Positions 51,681-63,044 of a stretch of DNA of 64,000 bases are shown here, piece after piece. Origin of the DNA: Amphiscolops sp. MND2022 (taxonomy: Eukaryota); contig OZ076413.1 in assembly GCA_964187785.1 (NCBI GenBank), forward strand, positions 61,938,001-62,002,000, given 5' to 3'. Under the pieces are notes generated by a model. The model made no database searches, was not told where the DNA came from, and saw only the letters and a list, made by a program, of their open reading frames with translations. The stretch's first letter is position 1. Every line of letters begins with the position of its first letter. Position numbers and translations under genes: made by a program.

Positions 51681-52619
51681 GTTCCAACGCACAATGGTGA
51701 AGTCGCTACAATTATGGACCCCGACCCAGAACAATCTCAAGACCAGGTGCCAGACGACGCTTCCCGACCCTCTTATCGTGGAGAAGAAACCAATATCAGG
51801 AGCCAGCAACGCCTCTTTGCCTTCCCGACAACGACACTGGATATACACCCGACTAGTATGCGCTCTGGCGGCAGTTGCCTTCATTGTCAACAATTTGACT
51901 ACTTATCAACTGAATCTGACAACAAAAGATCAGATGTGCTCCTATCAAGTGCACAAATCATCCCCAGCGAGAGTGCTGTCCTACCATCGCCCATGGATGA
52001 TCCCGCTCTTTTTCCGAAATGCCAATCTCACCATTATTAGCTATGGAGGTTCTGTTTTCAGAAAACGAAGCAGTACCAGAGGCGAGAGATGACACTCCAG
52101 ATCCCCCTATCCGTGTATTGACCGACAGTGTTGGCACTTGATTAGCCGGCACGTCTGCTCCATTACTGACGAATCCATCGCTCAGGGACATGTTAAGCAA
52201 CTTCTCTATTTGGCCACAGATATATAATCACTTCACCCCGGAAACTAGAGACGGTGACGCAAAATCGCCCATATCCGATGACGAGAAAGAACCTTCCTCC
52301 GTTGCGATGATTCCTGCCACTGCCACAACGGCAATTGACAAATCAATCCATGCTCTTAGGGGACAACAGAGCCGTAGACCGCGGGGACGTCCCCCATGAA
52401 GAGTGAAGCCACGTGCATCAATCTTACATGACCATCCTCTCAGAGGTGCTCTCAGAGGCACCCGCAAGAGAGGGCGTCACCGAGACCAGACCACCTCGCA
52501 CAACATCTACTGGGCCCGGTACTTCCACTCGTCCCCGCCGCACTTCATCCGTGGACACCGACTCGTCCGCTCCCAGCGCAGCAGTCACCCCAGATCAAGC
52601 GCCACCTCCAGAATCAACC

Positions 52620-53990
52620 AATGCTCGCTATGGCCTGCTGCGACGGAATCGAGTTTCCAAATATCGTTGTGGAACGTGTGGTCTGCGAAATTGTGAATGC
52701 AACTATATGATTCAGGCACGCTTCCCAATTAGACCACCGGGAGTACTGCTGACGAGCGAGAATAAGCCATTACCAGCAGATGGCATGGTCAGTCGCCTGG
52801 TCATCCGAGCCGGAAAGACTTATACCGGCTTACAGCGAAGCGTAGCTTCCTATCCGCTGCGACATATCTTTTCTAAAATGAAAGAATCCGCAATCGCAAA
52901 GGCCTCGTGCCCCAGATTCAAAATATAAACCCACGATCTTCGAGCCCTGGATTTCACATTATCCACAACAATCCCTCCCGTGCCCCCAAACATCGCCTTC
53001 GGTCCATTCAACTATGAGCGCGAACCCATCCAATTGGTACGCTGCATCACTGCCGACCTTTTGAATGACAGACACAACGTCATTGCTGCACCAGGAAATG
53101 TTTATTAGCCCGCGACCAACCGGTGGCTATTGATCACCGCTCAACGCGTGTCTGATGTGTTCGATCCTATAATCTTCAACACCTGTCTGGAGAGTTTATG
53201 GACGATGACCTCCCCTGAGAGGAACACTTGCTTCCACGTCATCGACTTATACCGTAGCAAAGTCAAGTTTGAATGGTGGTTGGAACTAATTGCCACAATT
53301 CTGTCGAACTTTTCGCGAATCCACTTCCTGGACGAGTGGACACACTCATTCTCTCAACCCGTGTCACTCCAATCTGCTCTGCACGCTCTTAATACATAGT
53401 CCGAAGCCAATATCGACAACCAGTCGTTGCCGCGATCCATATGGTTGGACTTGGGTGCCATTAAAGGCCTGCTTGCTGATGATCCTGGACAAGAAATAGT
53501 GTATCGTGGACCTCTAAGACCTAACTGGTCGATTACGTCCAATATGCTACAACGGATTTTTTACAGGCCCCCATCATATTGTTTTATGTTGCACCGCAGA
53601 TCTCGAGACTAACTCCGCAGCTCTCCGTTAAATAATCGTGAGCATGAAGCTGATGCTATCTTCCAACTCCGACCTGAAGTTGGCAGCACACTGACATTCC
53701 CTACGTCTTTGATCGACGGTCAGCTCCAAACTATTCACCTATTGATTACACGAGCCACACCCCAAGGCCCCATGCTGGCGGACACACTCTTTGCATGTCT
53801 CGAACAATTGAAAATTCTACTCGAACGCCTTGAGGCAATCGGATTCATTTTGCCATCGTCGATTCCGAACGCCCCATACGCAATCTTTTTGATTTTTACA
53901 CTTGTTTGATGGACACGTTTGCCGATACGCCCTTATCTGTGGTGTTCCACGATCGCATTTATGTCTCGATTGCGAGCGTCGCTAGCTTTC
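52620..53990 (+). pseudogene. Post-integrase ORF-A: Cys motif plus two macrodomain-like (TARG1/Poa1p-type) repeats
   Basis: CGTCGLRNCEC; repeat 1 LVRCITADL...WLLITAQ...FNTCLESL; repeat 2 IVLCCTADL...PEVGSTL...IHLLITR...LFACLEQLK...LMDTFADTPLSVVFH. Mostly one frame, with stops and short shifted segments. Motif match is by eye only. Confidence 0.62.
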
Positions 53991-54219
53991 CGTAAAGCCT
54001 TCGTTTTTGTAAGTTTATTAGTTAGGTTAGTTTAACTAGGTGTTTCACCGGCCTTAGGCCACCACCCTTATCTTTTCTTTTGTTATACGTATCTCATCAA
54101 TTTCTCTTGATATTACCTTTACTGAAACGCGTTATCTACGGCTCTATTGTTGATCCTTGTACGCATACATGCACTCTTTCTGAGACCTTGAAATAAACCA
54201 AGGAGACCATATTAGAGAA

Positions 54220-57200
54220 GAAGATATTCCTCCAAGGTCTACCGAGGATTTCCCTGCCATGGCCCAACGCATCTACGACACCGCCCGTGTCCAGCGGACT
54301 TCCCAAGTGATTTATTTTATTCGTGATCGTTTGGATCAGAGTCTTCCCCGGCCACTGTGGCTGGAGTGGCTGCCATCATCTCCCAGGTGGAGTCTCAGAT
54401 TCCAGCACCAATGCTCTATATGCATGACTTCCAGCTTCCTTGGTTTTCAACGATCAATGACCTTCCAGAACGGAGTGTTGTCGGGTCATGATCTGACCCA
54501 TCACTTCAATGACGACAGAGCATCTATCTCGTACAGCTCTGCAAGTGGTGGCGTGCCTCAGAATCGGTTGCTCCAAGTGCGAGCATGCCCACCTCCGCCA
54601 CCTCCTCCAGTAACAACATCTCAGCCGGCTGTGCGTGCTGGAGAGCCACCGGGCTCTCAGGTGTGACTGCCAGCTCCTGCTCCACAAGGTCTAGCCAACC
54701 GACCAATTTCAGAGCAAGCAGTGATATCGGCTCTTCAAGCCGTAGCAGTCAATCTATACTACTCCGATTTTATGCGTTCTATGGAACAATTTTGGCCCGA
54801 GTTGCGTCAAAACACCCTTCCCACAGTGACTATTCAAAATGAAAATGCTGCCACTACCCAACCAGCCATTACTGTTCCTCACGTCAATCCCTGATCTGAG
54901 CAACCTGGAGATTCCCGCACAGTGACGGTTGAGCGCAGCCGCTCTCCCTCACGCTCCACGTCTTCATTTCAAAACGGGGAGGAGAGTGCCGCCTCGCTTC
55001 CTGAAAAAGGAATGACCGCTCATCAACAAGGACGAGCACAAGCATGGCGTCCCCGCAAACTGCTCGGGAAAGCCCATCGACCAAGCCGCCACCCGACAAG
55101 AGAATCTCAAACGAACAAACAACGCCTCAAGGAACACCAGCATCTAACAGTAAGTCGAATCAACTGAACTCGGTGGTGTCGGAAGCATCCGTGCTTCCAC
55201 CACCACCGCCTGTCCAACCTAGCAAGCCACGGGGATTGCCTCAGCCAACATCCTCACAGTCAACGTCAAGAGAATCTCTGGAACAAAGATCAACGTCACG
55301 ACCTTCATCGTCGAAACAGCTGCCACAAGAACCCACAGTCGGTTATCAGGGCACACCACAAAGCCTAAGGACTGTAGAAGATATCATGGACGACTACCCC
55401 GACTTCAAGGTTAAGAATAGTGGACCAACGGGCCCCCATTCAAAACCCAGTCAAAAGAACTTTTACCAAGCAGCCTACATTCCTGAGTCCAATGCAAAAC
55501 AACAAAGGGAACCTAGTCACCAAGGACGCCCGACGAATATGGGAATCGGCCGTGATAGTGTCTTCTGAGTGGCTCTTCGAGAAAAATATGTGCCCGCCCA
55601 GCGACGAACAGCATGCCGCACTGAAGAAGTCCAGCGCATCTGTATTCATGAGCCGCCCGCTGCGTGCTGACCGCTGACCATACCCCGACAACTGAGCAGC
55701 CATGGCTGGGGAAGGCCATGAACATGCTCCCGAATGTGGAAGATAACTATTTGGACGCGCTAACCATCGACCCGCAGTGGCATTTCGAAGAGGTGTACTT
55801 GCTTTCCCTTGGAGAGACTTTTGAAGTGAATTTCAGATATGCCCGAGACCTAGAAGCTTAGCTCTCTATGCCCAAAGAAAGGTTGCAGCGTGCGCGCTAC
55901 GCCCTACTGATAGACTCACCGTTTCTGAAAAACATTTCTATTGACAATGTGCTGGCGGATGTAATGGTTGTCACCTTGCCACTGTCGCGGATCACAGAAA
56001 TGGTGGACGTTATGGTCACAATGATCGATCCAGAGATGACCGGTACGTTCAAAGAACCTCCTTCGCGCCATGTTATAATCAGCAATATATGTCTTTGACC
56101 ATGGCGTGTGAAGGTCTGATGGCACAAGTAGCGAACGTGGAGCTTTTGCAGCCCACTCCTGCACAACGAGCAACATTTAGAAATGCCACCATTAACCTTG
56201 CCAGAGCGATGGAAGAAGTGCAAACTATTCTGAGAGGCAAACTGAAAGTGCCCGTGATTTTTGTGTCACTCCTCCTAGATTCTGTCATTGGCGTTCTGCA
56301 CTGCAGCGATTTGTGTATCTCGTGACCGAGATCTGCCAATGCTGAGAGGTGGAATTCGTGATCTGCGCTCCCAATCTACGCATCTGCAGTGGAGAATTGC
56401 GCCCTTCATGGTTGTCTTATATGGGCTACAATGCTTCAGTATCCAAAGTATTGCAATCCGTGGAAAAGACCGGTAACTCACAACTCACCATCGACTACGC
56501 GATTTATTTCAATCACGGCATTAGGATGGCACTGTTAGTGTTTAACGAGGAAGGAGAGAGGCGAATTCCCGAACCTAGTGAAACAGAATGCGAGGCTATT
56601 CGTGTCAATAACTGGATGGAGCGCGCGCGCTCCACAGGTGAAAAGACATCGATTAAGACGGACGTAGCCGAAATCACCGCGACGATGGGAAACGTACCCA
56701 ATGAAAGAGAGGTAGAGCGTGCAATTCCTCGAGTCCAGTTTGCCAAGGACGTCTGCGTCGACAAGCTCTCATTGGGAATGAAATTTATAGCAGCCCAGTT
56801 GACAAGTTAGACGCAGGCGGAGATCCAAGCGTTCAGCAGCACATAAGATGGATGGTATCAAAGAAGGCAGACCACCACGATCGCAGACATTGCAAAGGAG
56901 TTAGGAATGTCGGTGGATTAATTCGCCATATGCCTGGGTTTGGGTTAGAGTCCCGATGTGATCCGTGGTGAATTGGGACTGGATGAAAAGTATATCGTCT
57001 AGATTAGTAAAATAGTAGGAGGCTTGCAACTGAACGAAGTGATTGCCCTCATGCTGGCCTTCGGGCAAAAGCGTTTTGTCGCTGGACCAATGATGATCCT
57101 AGCTGACCTAGTAACGGAATGCAATCTAGTATGGCTGTTCTCCTATCTGGTAATAGAGCGAGGAGCCATCACCGGGCTAAAAGTCCTTGCCGAACTGTTG

Positions 57201-58277
57201 AAGAAAAAAGACGCCCAAGATTACCCAGCGCATCTTGAATCAATGAAGCTATCCCTGTATCACTGGATATATTGCACTTTCGTTTTTGCTTCCAGGTTGG
57301 TTGTCGGCATTGACAAGACGCAGCCGTTATATGATGGACGCCAATTAGTATCTGAGGTGGCAGGATTTCTCACACCTAATCAATTGGCTGATATCACTCT
57401 AGCAGAAGATTTGATACCGGTGTTAGCACCCGTGCTAACTCCGATTTATGGCGAACCGGGAATCCTGCGTTATCCAACCAAACCTCTACGGCGAGCATCT
57501 GAAACACCAACTGTATCAAATCTCACTTTCCTCAAAAACGTGAAGCTGCATGATTATCAGCAAATGTTGGAACGCGGCCTGTACATGCATGTACCCCGCA
57601 TGTACACCACCATCAAGTCGGAAATACAGCAGGAGGAAAACTTGATGGGCATACTAAAGGCGAGAACCAAAAAGGCATGCCCGCTTCCAAGAGAGTATGG
57701 ACCAGTCAACTGGTATAACGCCCCCCTGGACAATCAAGGTATACCCGTCCGTTTCGACTGGAGTTTGACTTCGCAACGGAAGTACGTAACCTAATGCCTC
57801 CAAGGCATGGGTGGTCATACAAGTCGAAACTACAATTTCCAAAGAATAAAGATCCCGGCGAGATACTGGCGAGGGCCCATAGGCCTCATCAGGGCGAAAC
57901 CAAGTACTCTAGTTGAGCGTGGTCTTGCTGAACAGTTTGCCTATAGAAACCACTACAAGTTAGGCGAATGGATGTCCCGTACATTGGAGGAGCGACAAGG
58001 ACGTCTAAAGGGAAATATCGTACCTCCGCAGTTAGCGCCAGTGTGGAACCCTGAGGCCCGAGTCACAATGGGCAATGATATGCCAGCCGAAACATGGTAC
58101 CACATTATGGAATTACTAAGCGATCCCCTTGGACCTGAGTGGGAAGCCTCACGCCAGATCATTGAACAAGAAAATAGGGATAACTGGTCAAGAGCCTGCG
58201 GGCTCTGGGGCAGACCAGACTTGCGCCCAAAAATAAGCCCTAAACAGAAACGAGCGATCACCACCCGGAACGGATAA
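54220..58277 (+). pseudogene. Accessory ORF-B of copy 2 (~1300 codons; P/S-rich region, SGNH-like domain at ~55895-56460, unknown C-terminal region)
   Basis: Chain of plus-strand ORFs (54259, 55044, 55420, 55868, 56349, 57024, 57807) linked by stops and frameshifts; N-terminal half is homologous to copy 1. Confidence 0.68.
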
Positions 58278-58344
58278 ATTTAACGGTAACGGCCACAAAA
58301 AAATTTTTCCATGAAAGGCCGAAAAGAACATATAAAGGCCTGGA

Positions 58345-58690
58345 TTGCTCACGACAGGCAGTAACAAGCCGAGAACGGCCAAAGTCGGGGCAATATCTAA
58401 GGCTCAAAATATAAAAGGTGGACCCTTCGAGCTTTGTGAACTCCGGCTGGTTGCAAAAAATTTGAAAAAATTGAAGGGGGGACCCTTTGGAGACATGAAA
58501 AAATTTCCCATAAAATTTTTTACATGAGATTTTTGAACAGTGTCACAGTGCCGAAAATTGTAAAAGGGGGACCCTTTGCGACTTTTTAACATCCATTGTG
58601 TTGCAAAATATTGAAACAAATGAAGGGGGGACCCTCTGATGCAATCCAAAAAACTTCAAAAAAAGTCGCATCTTGCCAAAAAAAGTGGGG
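58345..58690 (-). mobile_element. Helitron-like repeat fragment inserted in the 3' UTR of copy 2 (duplicated at 61349-61694)
   Basis: AACAAGCCGAGAACGGCCAAAGTCGGGGCAATATCTAAGGCTCAAAA matches the reverse complement of 27890-27940; GGGGGGACCC subrepeats match 27440-27740. Confidence 0.65.
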
Positions 58691-59128
58691 CTAAGGTGGG
58701 ATCTTTAGTGTGTTTTCGAGGTTGTGGACGTCTGTTTTGTTTTTTCTTTTCGTTCTGAGGTTGGAGTTGTTGAGGTTTGAAGTTGTTGAGGTTTCAGGTT
58801 GTTGACGAATGAACAAAAAAGTGGACCTTTCGTGTAAAAAAAAAACTACCCACTGTAATAGTCGGGCACATTTTCTACTAAAATGCGCCGACTAAAAATA
58901 GATACCATTGCTGTATAAGATTCGTACACGAAGCTTTATAACTGTGATCGAAAAGCAGCAATGCTGGGTCAATGACGTTTTTGACGACCAACTCGACGAC
59001 GTCTCAATATCAACTCGACGACGGCTCGATGACAACAACCCCCCCGAGGGACGGATATGATCCTCTGGAACCTCGACGAATCAGTCACCTACTTGACGGG
59101 GACGTCAAGCATAGACCCCAGGGAGTGA

Positions 59129-59828
59129 TTTAACGATCACCTGCCGAGCCAAAAAATTTGTGAAAATTTCGTTCGAAGGACTAGATTTTCGCTGTACCCA
59201 GTGCTGAAAGAGTAATATTACGCAAAGGGTTACCGTGTCTTTACCAAAAGACCCTGAGAATTGAAACGGCTCAGAGCAAAAAAGACAACATCCGAACAAG
59301 ACGACAGCAAAACATCATGGTCATTGTCAGAGAAAAGACTCAATTTCAGCCAATACAGACTGAACTTTGTTCCAACCGGCACTTTTATTAGCAAATCGTC
59401 ACAAAATGTTGTGATTACCTAAATTGAGTTAGTTGGCTTAAGCAAGCTTCCGTTGTTGTGTCCTCAGCTAATTTTTGCCAAATTGTGCTATTTATGCGGT
59501 AAATTGCTTGTTTTTTTGTTGTATTAGCTGGTGAGGTACTGATTTTTGACATACCCTGTAACAACGAGAGAACAGAAATTTCCTTATCCACGTCCTTATT
59601 TTAAAGGCTGTCTAAGCGGTAGTTCCGAGGAGAAAGCGAAAATGACGTTACTGACGGCAATTAAAGACTAGATAGATCAGGCCGGCAAGCACTTCACAAG
59701 GAGCAGAATCCTCCTCTGACTGGACAGTTTTTACACGGAGGAGGCAAAATGGGCTCTTGGTCATGGACGCCTGTCCCGGGCAAATACCCTTATCATGTGT
59801 CCCTCCAACTCTTATGGCCACGGTGACA
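59129..59828 (+). repeat. LTR-C (degenerate 3' LTR of copy 2; duplicated at 62133-62832)
   Basis: CTTGACGGGGACGTCAAGC...GGGAG then TTTAACGATCAC, parallel to CTTGACGAGGACGCCAAGC...GGGGAG then TGTAGCGATCAC at 45060; 3' half matches LTR-A/B; ends in GTGACA. Confidence 0.78.
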
Positions 59829-62800
59829 ATGGTGAGAAGTATAGAAAAGTATACCAGTATATATATATAGGCAGACCACCACGATCGCAGACATTGCAAA
59901 GGAGTTAGGAATGTCGGTGGATTAATTCGCCATATGCCTGGGTTTGGGTTAGAGTCCCGATGTGATCCGTGGTGAATTGGGACTGGATGAAAAGTATATC
60001 GTCTAGATTAGTAAAATAGTAGGAGGCTTGCAACTGAACGAAGTGATTGCCCTCATGCTGGCCTTCGGGCAAAAGCGTTTTGTCGCTGGACCAATGATGA
60101 TCCTAGCTGACCTAGTAACGGAATGCAATCTAGTATGGCTGTTCTCCTATCTGGTAATAGAGCGAGGAGCCATCACCGGGCTAAAAGTCCTTGCCGAACT
60201 GTTGAAGAAAAAAGACGCCCAAGATTACCCAGCGCATCTTGAATCAATGAAGCTATCCCTGTATCACTGGATATATTGCACTTTCGTTTTTGCTTCCAGG
60301 TTGGTTGTCGGCATTGACAAGACGCAGCCGTTATATGATGGACGCCAATTAGTATCTGAGGTGGCAGGATTTCTCACACCTAATCAATTGGCTGATATCA
60401 CTCTAGCAGAAGATTTGATACCGGTGTTAGCACCCGTGCTAACTCCGATTTATGGCGAACCGGGAATCCTGCGTTATCCAACCAAACCTCTACGGCGAGC
60501 ATCTGAAACACCAACTGTATCAAATCTCACTTTCCTCAAAAACGTGAAGCTGCATGATTATCAGCAAATGTTGGAACGCGGCCTGTACATGCATGTACCC
60601 CGCATGTACACCACCATCAAGTCGGAAATACAGCAGGAGGAAAACTTGATGGGCATACTAAAGGCGAGAACCAAAAAGGCATGCCCGCTTCCAAGAGAGT
60701 ATGGACCAGTCAACTGGTATAACGCCCCCCTGGACAATCAAGGTATACCCGTCCGTTTCGACTGGAGTTTGACTTCGCAACGGAAGTACGTAACCTAATG
60801 CCTCCAAGGCATGGGTGGTCATACAAGTCGAAACTACAATTTCCAAAGAATAAAGATCCCGGCGAGATACTGGCGAGGGCCCATAGGCCTCATCAGGGCG
60901 AAACCAAGTACTCTAGTTGAGCGTGGTCTTGCTGAACAGTTTGCCTATAGAAACCACTACAAGTTAGGCGAATGGATGTCCCGTACATTGGAGGAGCGAC
61001 AAGGACGTCTAAAGGGAAATATCGTACCTCCGCAGTTAGCGCCAGTGTGGAACCCTGAGGCCCGAGTCACAATGGGCAATGATATGCCAGCCGAAACATG
61101 GTACCACATTATGGAATTACTAAGCGATCCCCTTGGACCTGAGTGGGAAGCCTCACGCCAGATCATTGAACAAGAAAATAGGGATAACTGGTCAAGAGCC
61201 TGCGGGCTCTGGGGCAGACCAGACTTGCGCCCAAAAATAAGCCCTAAACAGAAACGAGCGATCACCACCCGGAACGGATAAATTTAACGGTAACGGCCAC
61301 AAAAAAATTTTTCCATGAAAGGCCGAAAAGAACATATAAAGGCCTGGATTGCTCACGACAGGCAGTAACAAGCCGAGAACGGCCAAAGTCGGGGCAATAT
61401 CTAAGGCTCAAAATTTAAAAGGTGGACCCTTCGAGCTTTGTGAACTCCGGCTGGTTGCAAAAAATTTGAAAAAATTGAAGGGGGGACCCTTTGGAGACAT
61501 GAAAAAATTTCCCATAAAATTTTTTACATGAGATTTTTGAACAGTGTCACAGTGCCGAAAATTGTAAAAGGGGGACCCTTTGCGACTTTTTAACATCCAT
61601 TGTGTTGCAAAATATTGAAACAAATGAAGGGGGGACCCTCTGATGCAATCCAAAAAACTTCAAAAAAAGTCGCATCTTGCCAAAAAAAGTGGGGCTAAGG
61701 TGGGATCTTTAGTGTGTTTTCGAGGTTGTGGACGTCTGTTTTGTTTTTTCTTTTCGTTCTGAGGTTGGAGTTGTTGAGGTTTGAAGTTGTTGAGGTTTCA
61801 GGTTGTTGACGAATGAACAAAAAAGTGGACCTTTCGTGTAAAAAAAAAACTACCCACTGTAATAGTCGGGCACATTTTCTACTAAAATGCGCCGACTAAA
61901 AATAGATACCATTGCTGTATAAGATTCGTACACGAAGCTTTATAACTGTGATCGAAAAGCAGCAATGCTGGGTCAATGACGTTTTTGACGACCAACTCGA
62001 CGACGTCTCAATATCAACTCGACGACGGCTCGATGACAACAACCCCCCCGAGGGACGGATATGATCCTCTGGAACCTCGACGAATCAGTCACCTACTTGA
62101 CGGGGACGTCAAGCATAGACCCCAGGGAGTGATTTAACGATCACCTGCCGAGCCAAAAAATTTGTGAAAATTTCGTTCGAAGGACTAGATTTTCGCTGTA
62201 CCCAGTGCTGAAAGAGTAATATTACGCAAAGGGTTACCGTGTCTTTACCAAAAGACCCTGAGAATTGAAACGGCTCAGAGCAAAAAAGACAACATCCGAA
62301 CAAGACGACAGCAAAACATCATGGTCATTGTCAGAGAAAAGACTCAATTTCAGCCAATACAGACTGAACTTTGTTCCAACCGGCACTTTTATTAGCAAAT
62401 CGTCACAAAATGTTGTGATTACCTAAATTGAGTTAGTTGGCTTAAGCAAGCTTCCGTTGTTGTGTCCTCAGCTAATTTTTGCCAAATTGTGCTATTTATG
62501 CGGTAAATTGCTTGTTTTTTTGTTGTATTAGCTGGTGAGGTACTGATTTTTGACATACCCTGTAACAACGAGAGAACAGAAATTTCCTTATCCACGTCCT
62601 TATTTTAAAGGCTGTCTAAGCGGTAGTTCCGAGGAGAAAGCGAAAATGACGTTACTGACGGCAATTAAAGACTAGATAGATCAGGCCGGCAAGCACTTCA
62701 CAAGGAGCAGAATCCTCCTCTGACTGGACAGTTTTTACACGGAGGAGGCAAAATGGGCTCTTGGTCATGGACGCCTGTCCCGGGCAAATACCCTTATCAT

Positions 62801-62844
62801 GTGTCCCTCCAACTCTTATGGCCACGGTGACAATGGTGAGAAGT

Positions 62845-63044
62845 NNNNNNNNNNNNNNNNNNNNNNNNNNNNNNNNNNNNNNNNNNNNNNNNNNNNNNNN
62901 NNNNNNNNNNNNNNNNNNNNNNNNNNNNNNNNNNNNNNNNNNNNNNNNNNNNNNNNNNNNNNNNNNNNNNNNNNNNNNNNNNNNNNNNNNNNNNNNNNNN
63001 NNNNNNNNNNNNNNNNNNNNNNNNNNNNNNNNNNNNNNNNNNNN
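62845..63044. other. Assembly gap (200 N)
   Basis: Run of exactly 200 N. Confidence 1.

Larger units (their letters stand above)
45850..59828 (+). mobile_element. Large Gypsy element, copy 2 (gag-pol, macrodomain-like extension, ORF-B, 3' LTR); own 5' LTR and leader missing
   Basis: Gypsy domain order; ~6.6 kb of extra, largely coding-like sequence between integrase and the 3' UTR; LTR-C at 59129-59828. Confidence 0.88.
56865..62844 (+). repeat. Near-identical 3004-bp tandem duplication (56865-59868 and 59869-62844)
   Basis: Constant 3004 offset of all duplicated ORFs; one substitution noticed (58411 A versus 61415 T); second copy ends at the N gap. Confidence 0.97.

Noticed and set aside
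54220-58277. ORF-B as a retroviral-type env
   Set aside because: No signal peptide, furin-site/fusion-peptide architecture or C-terminal membrane anchor was recognisable.
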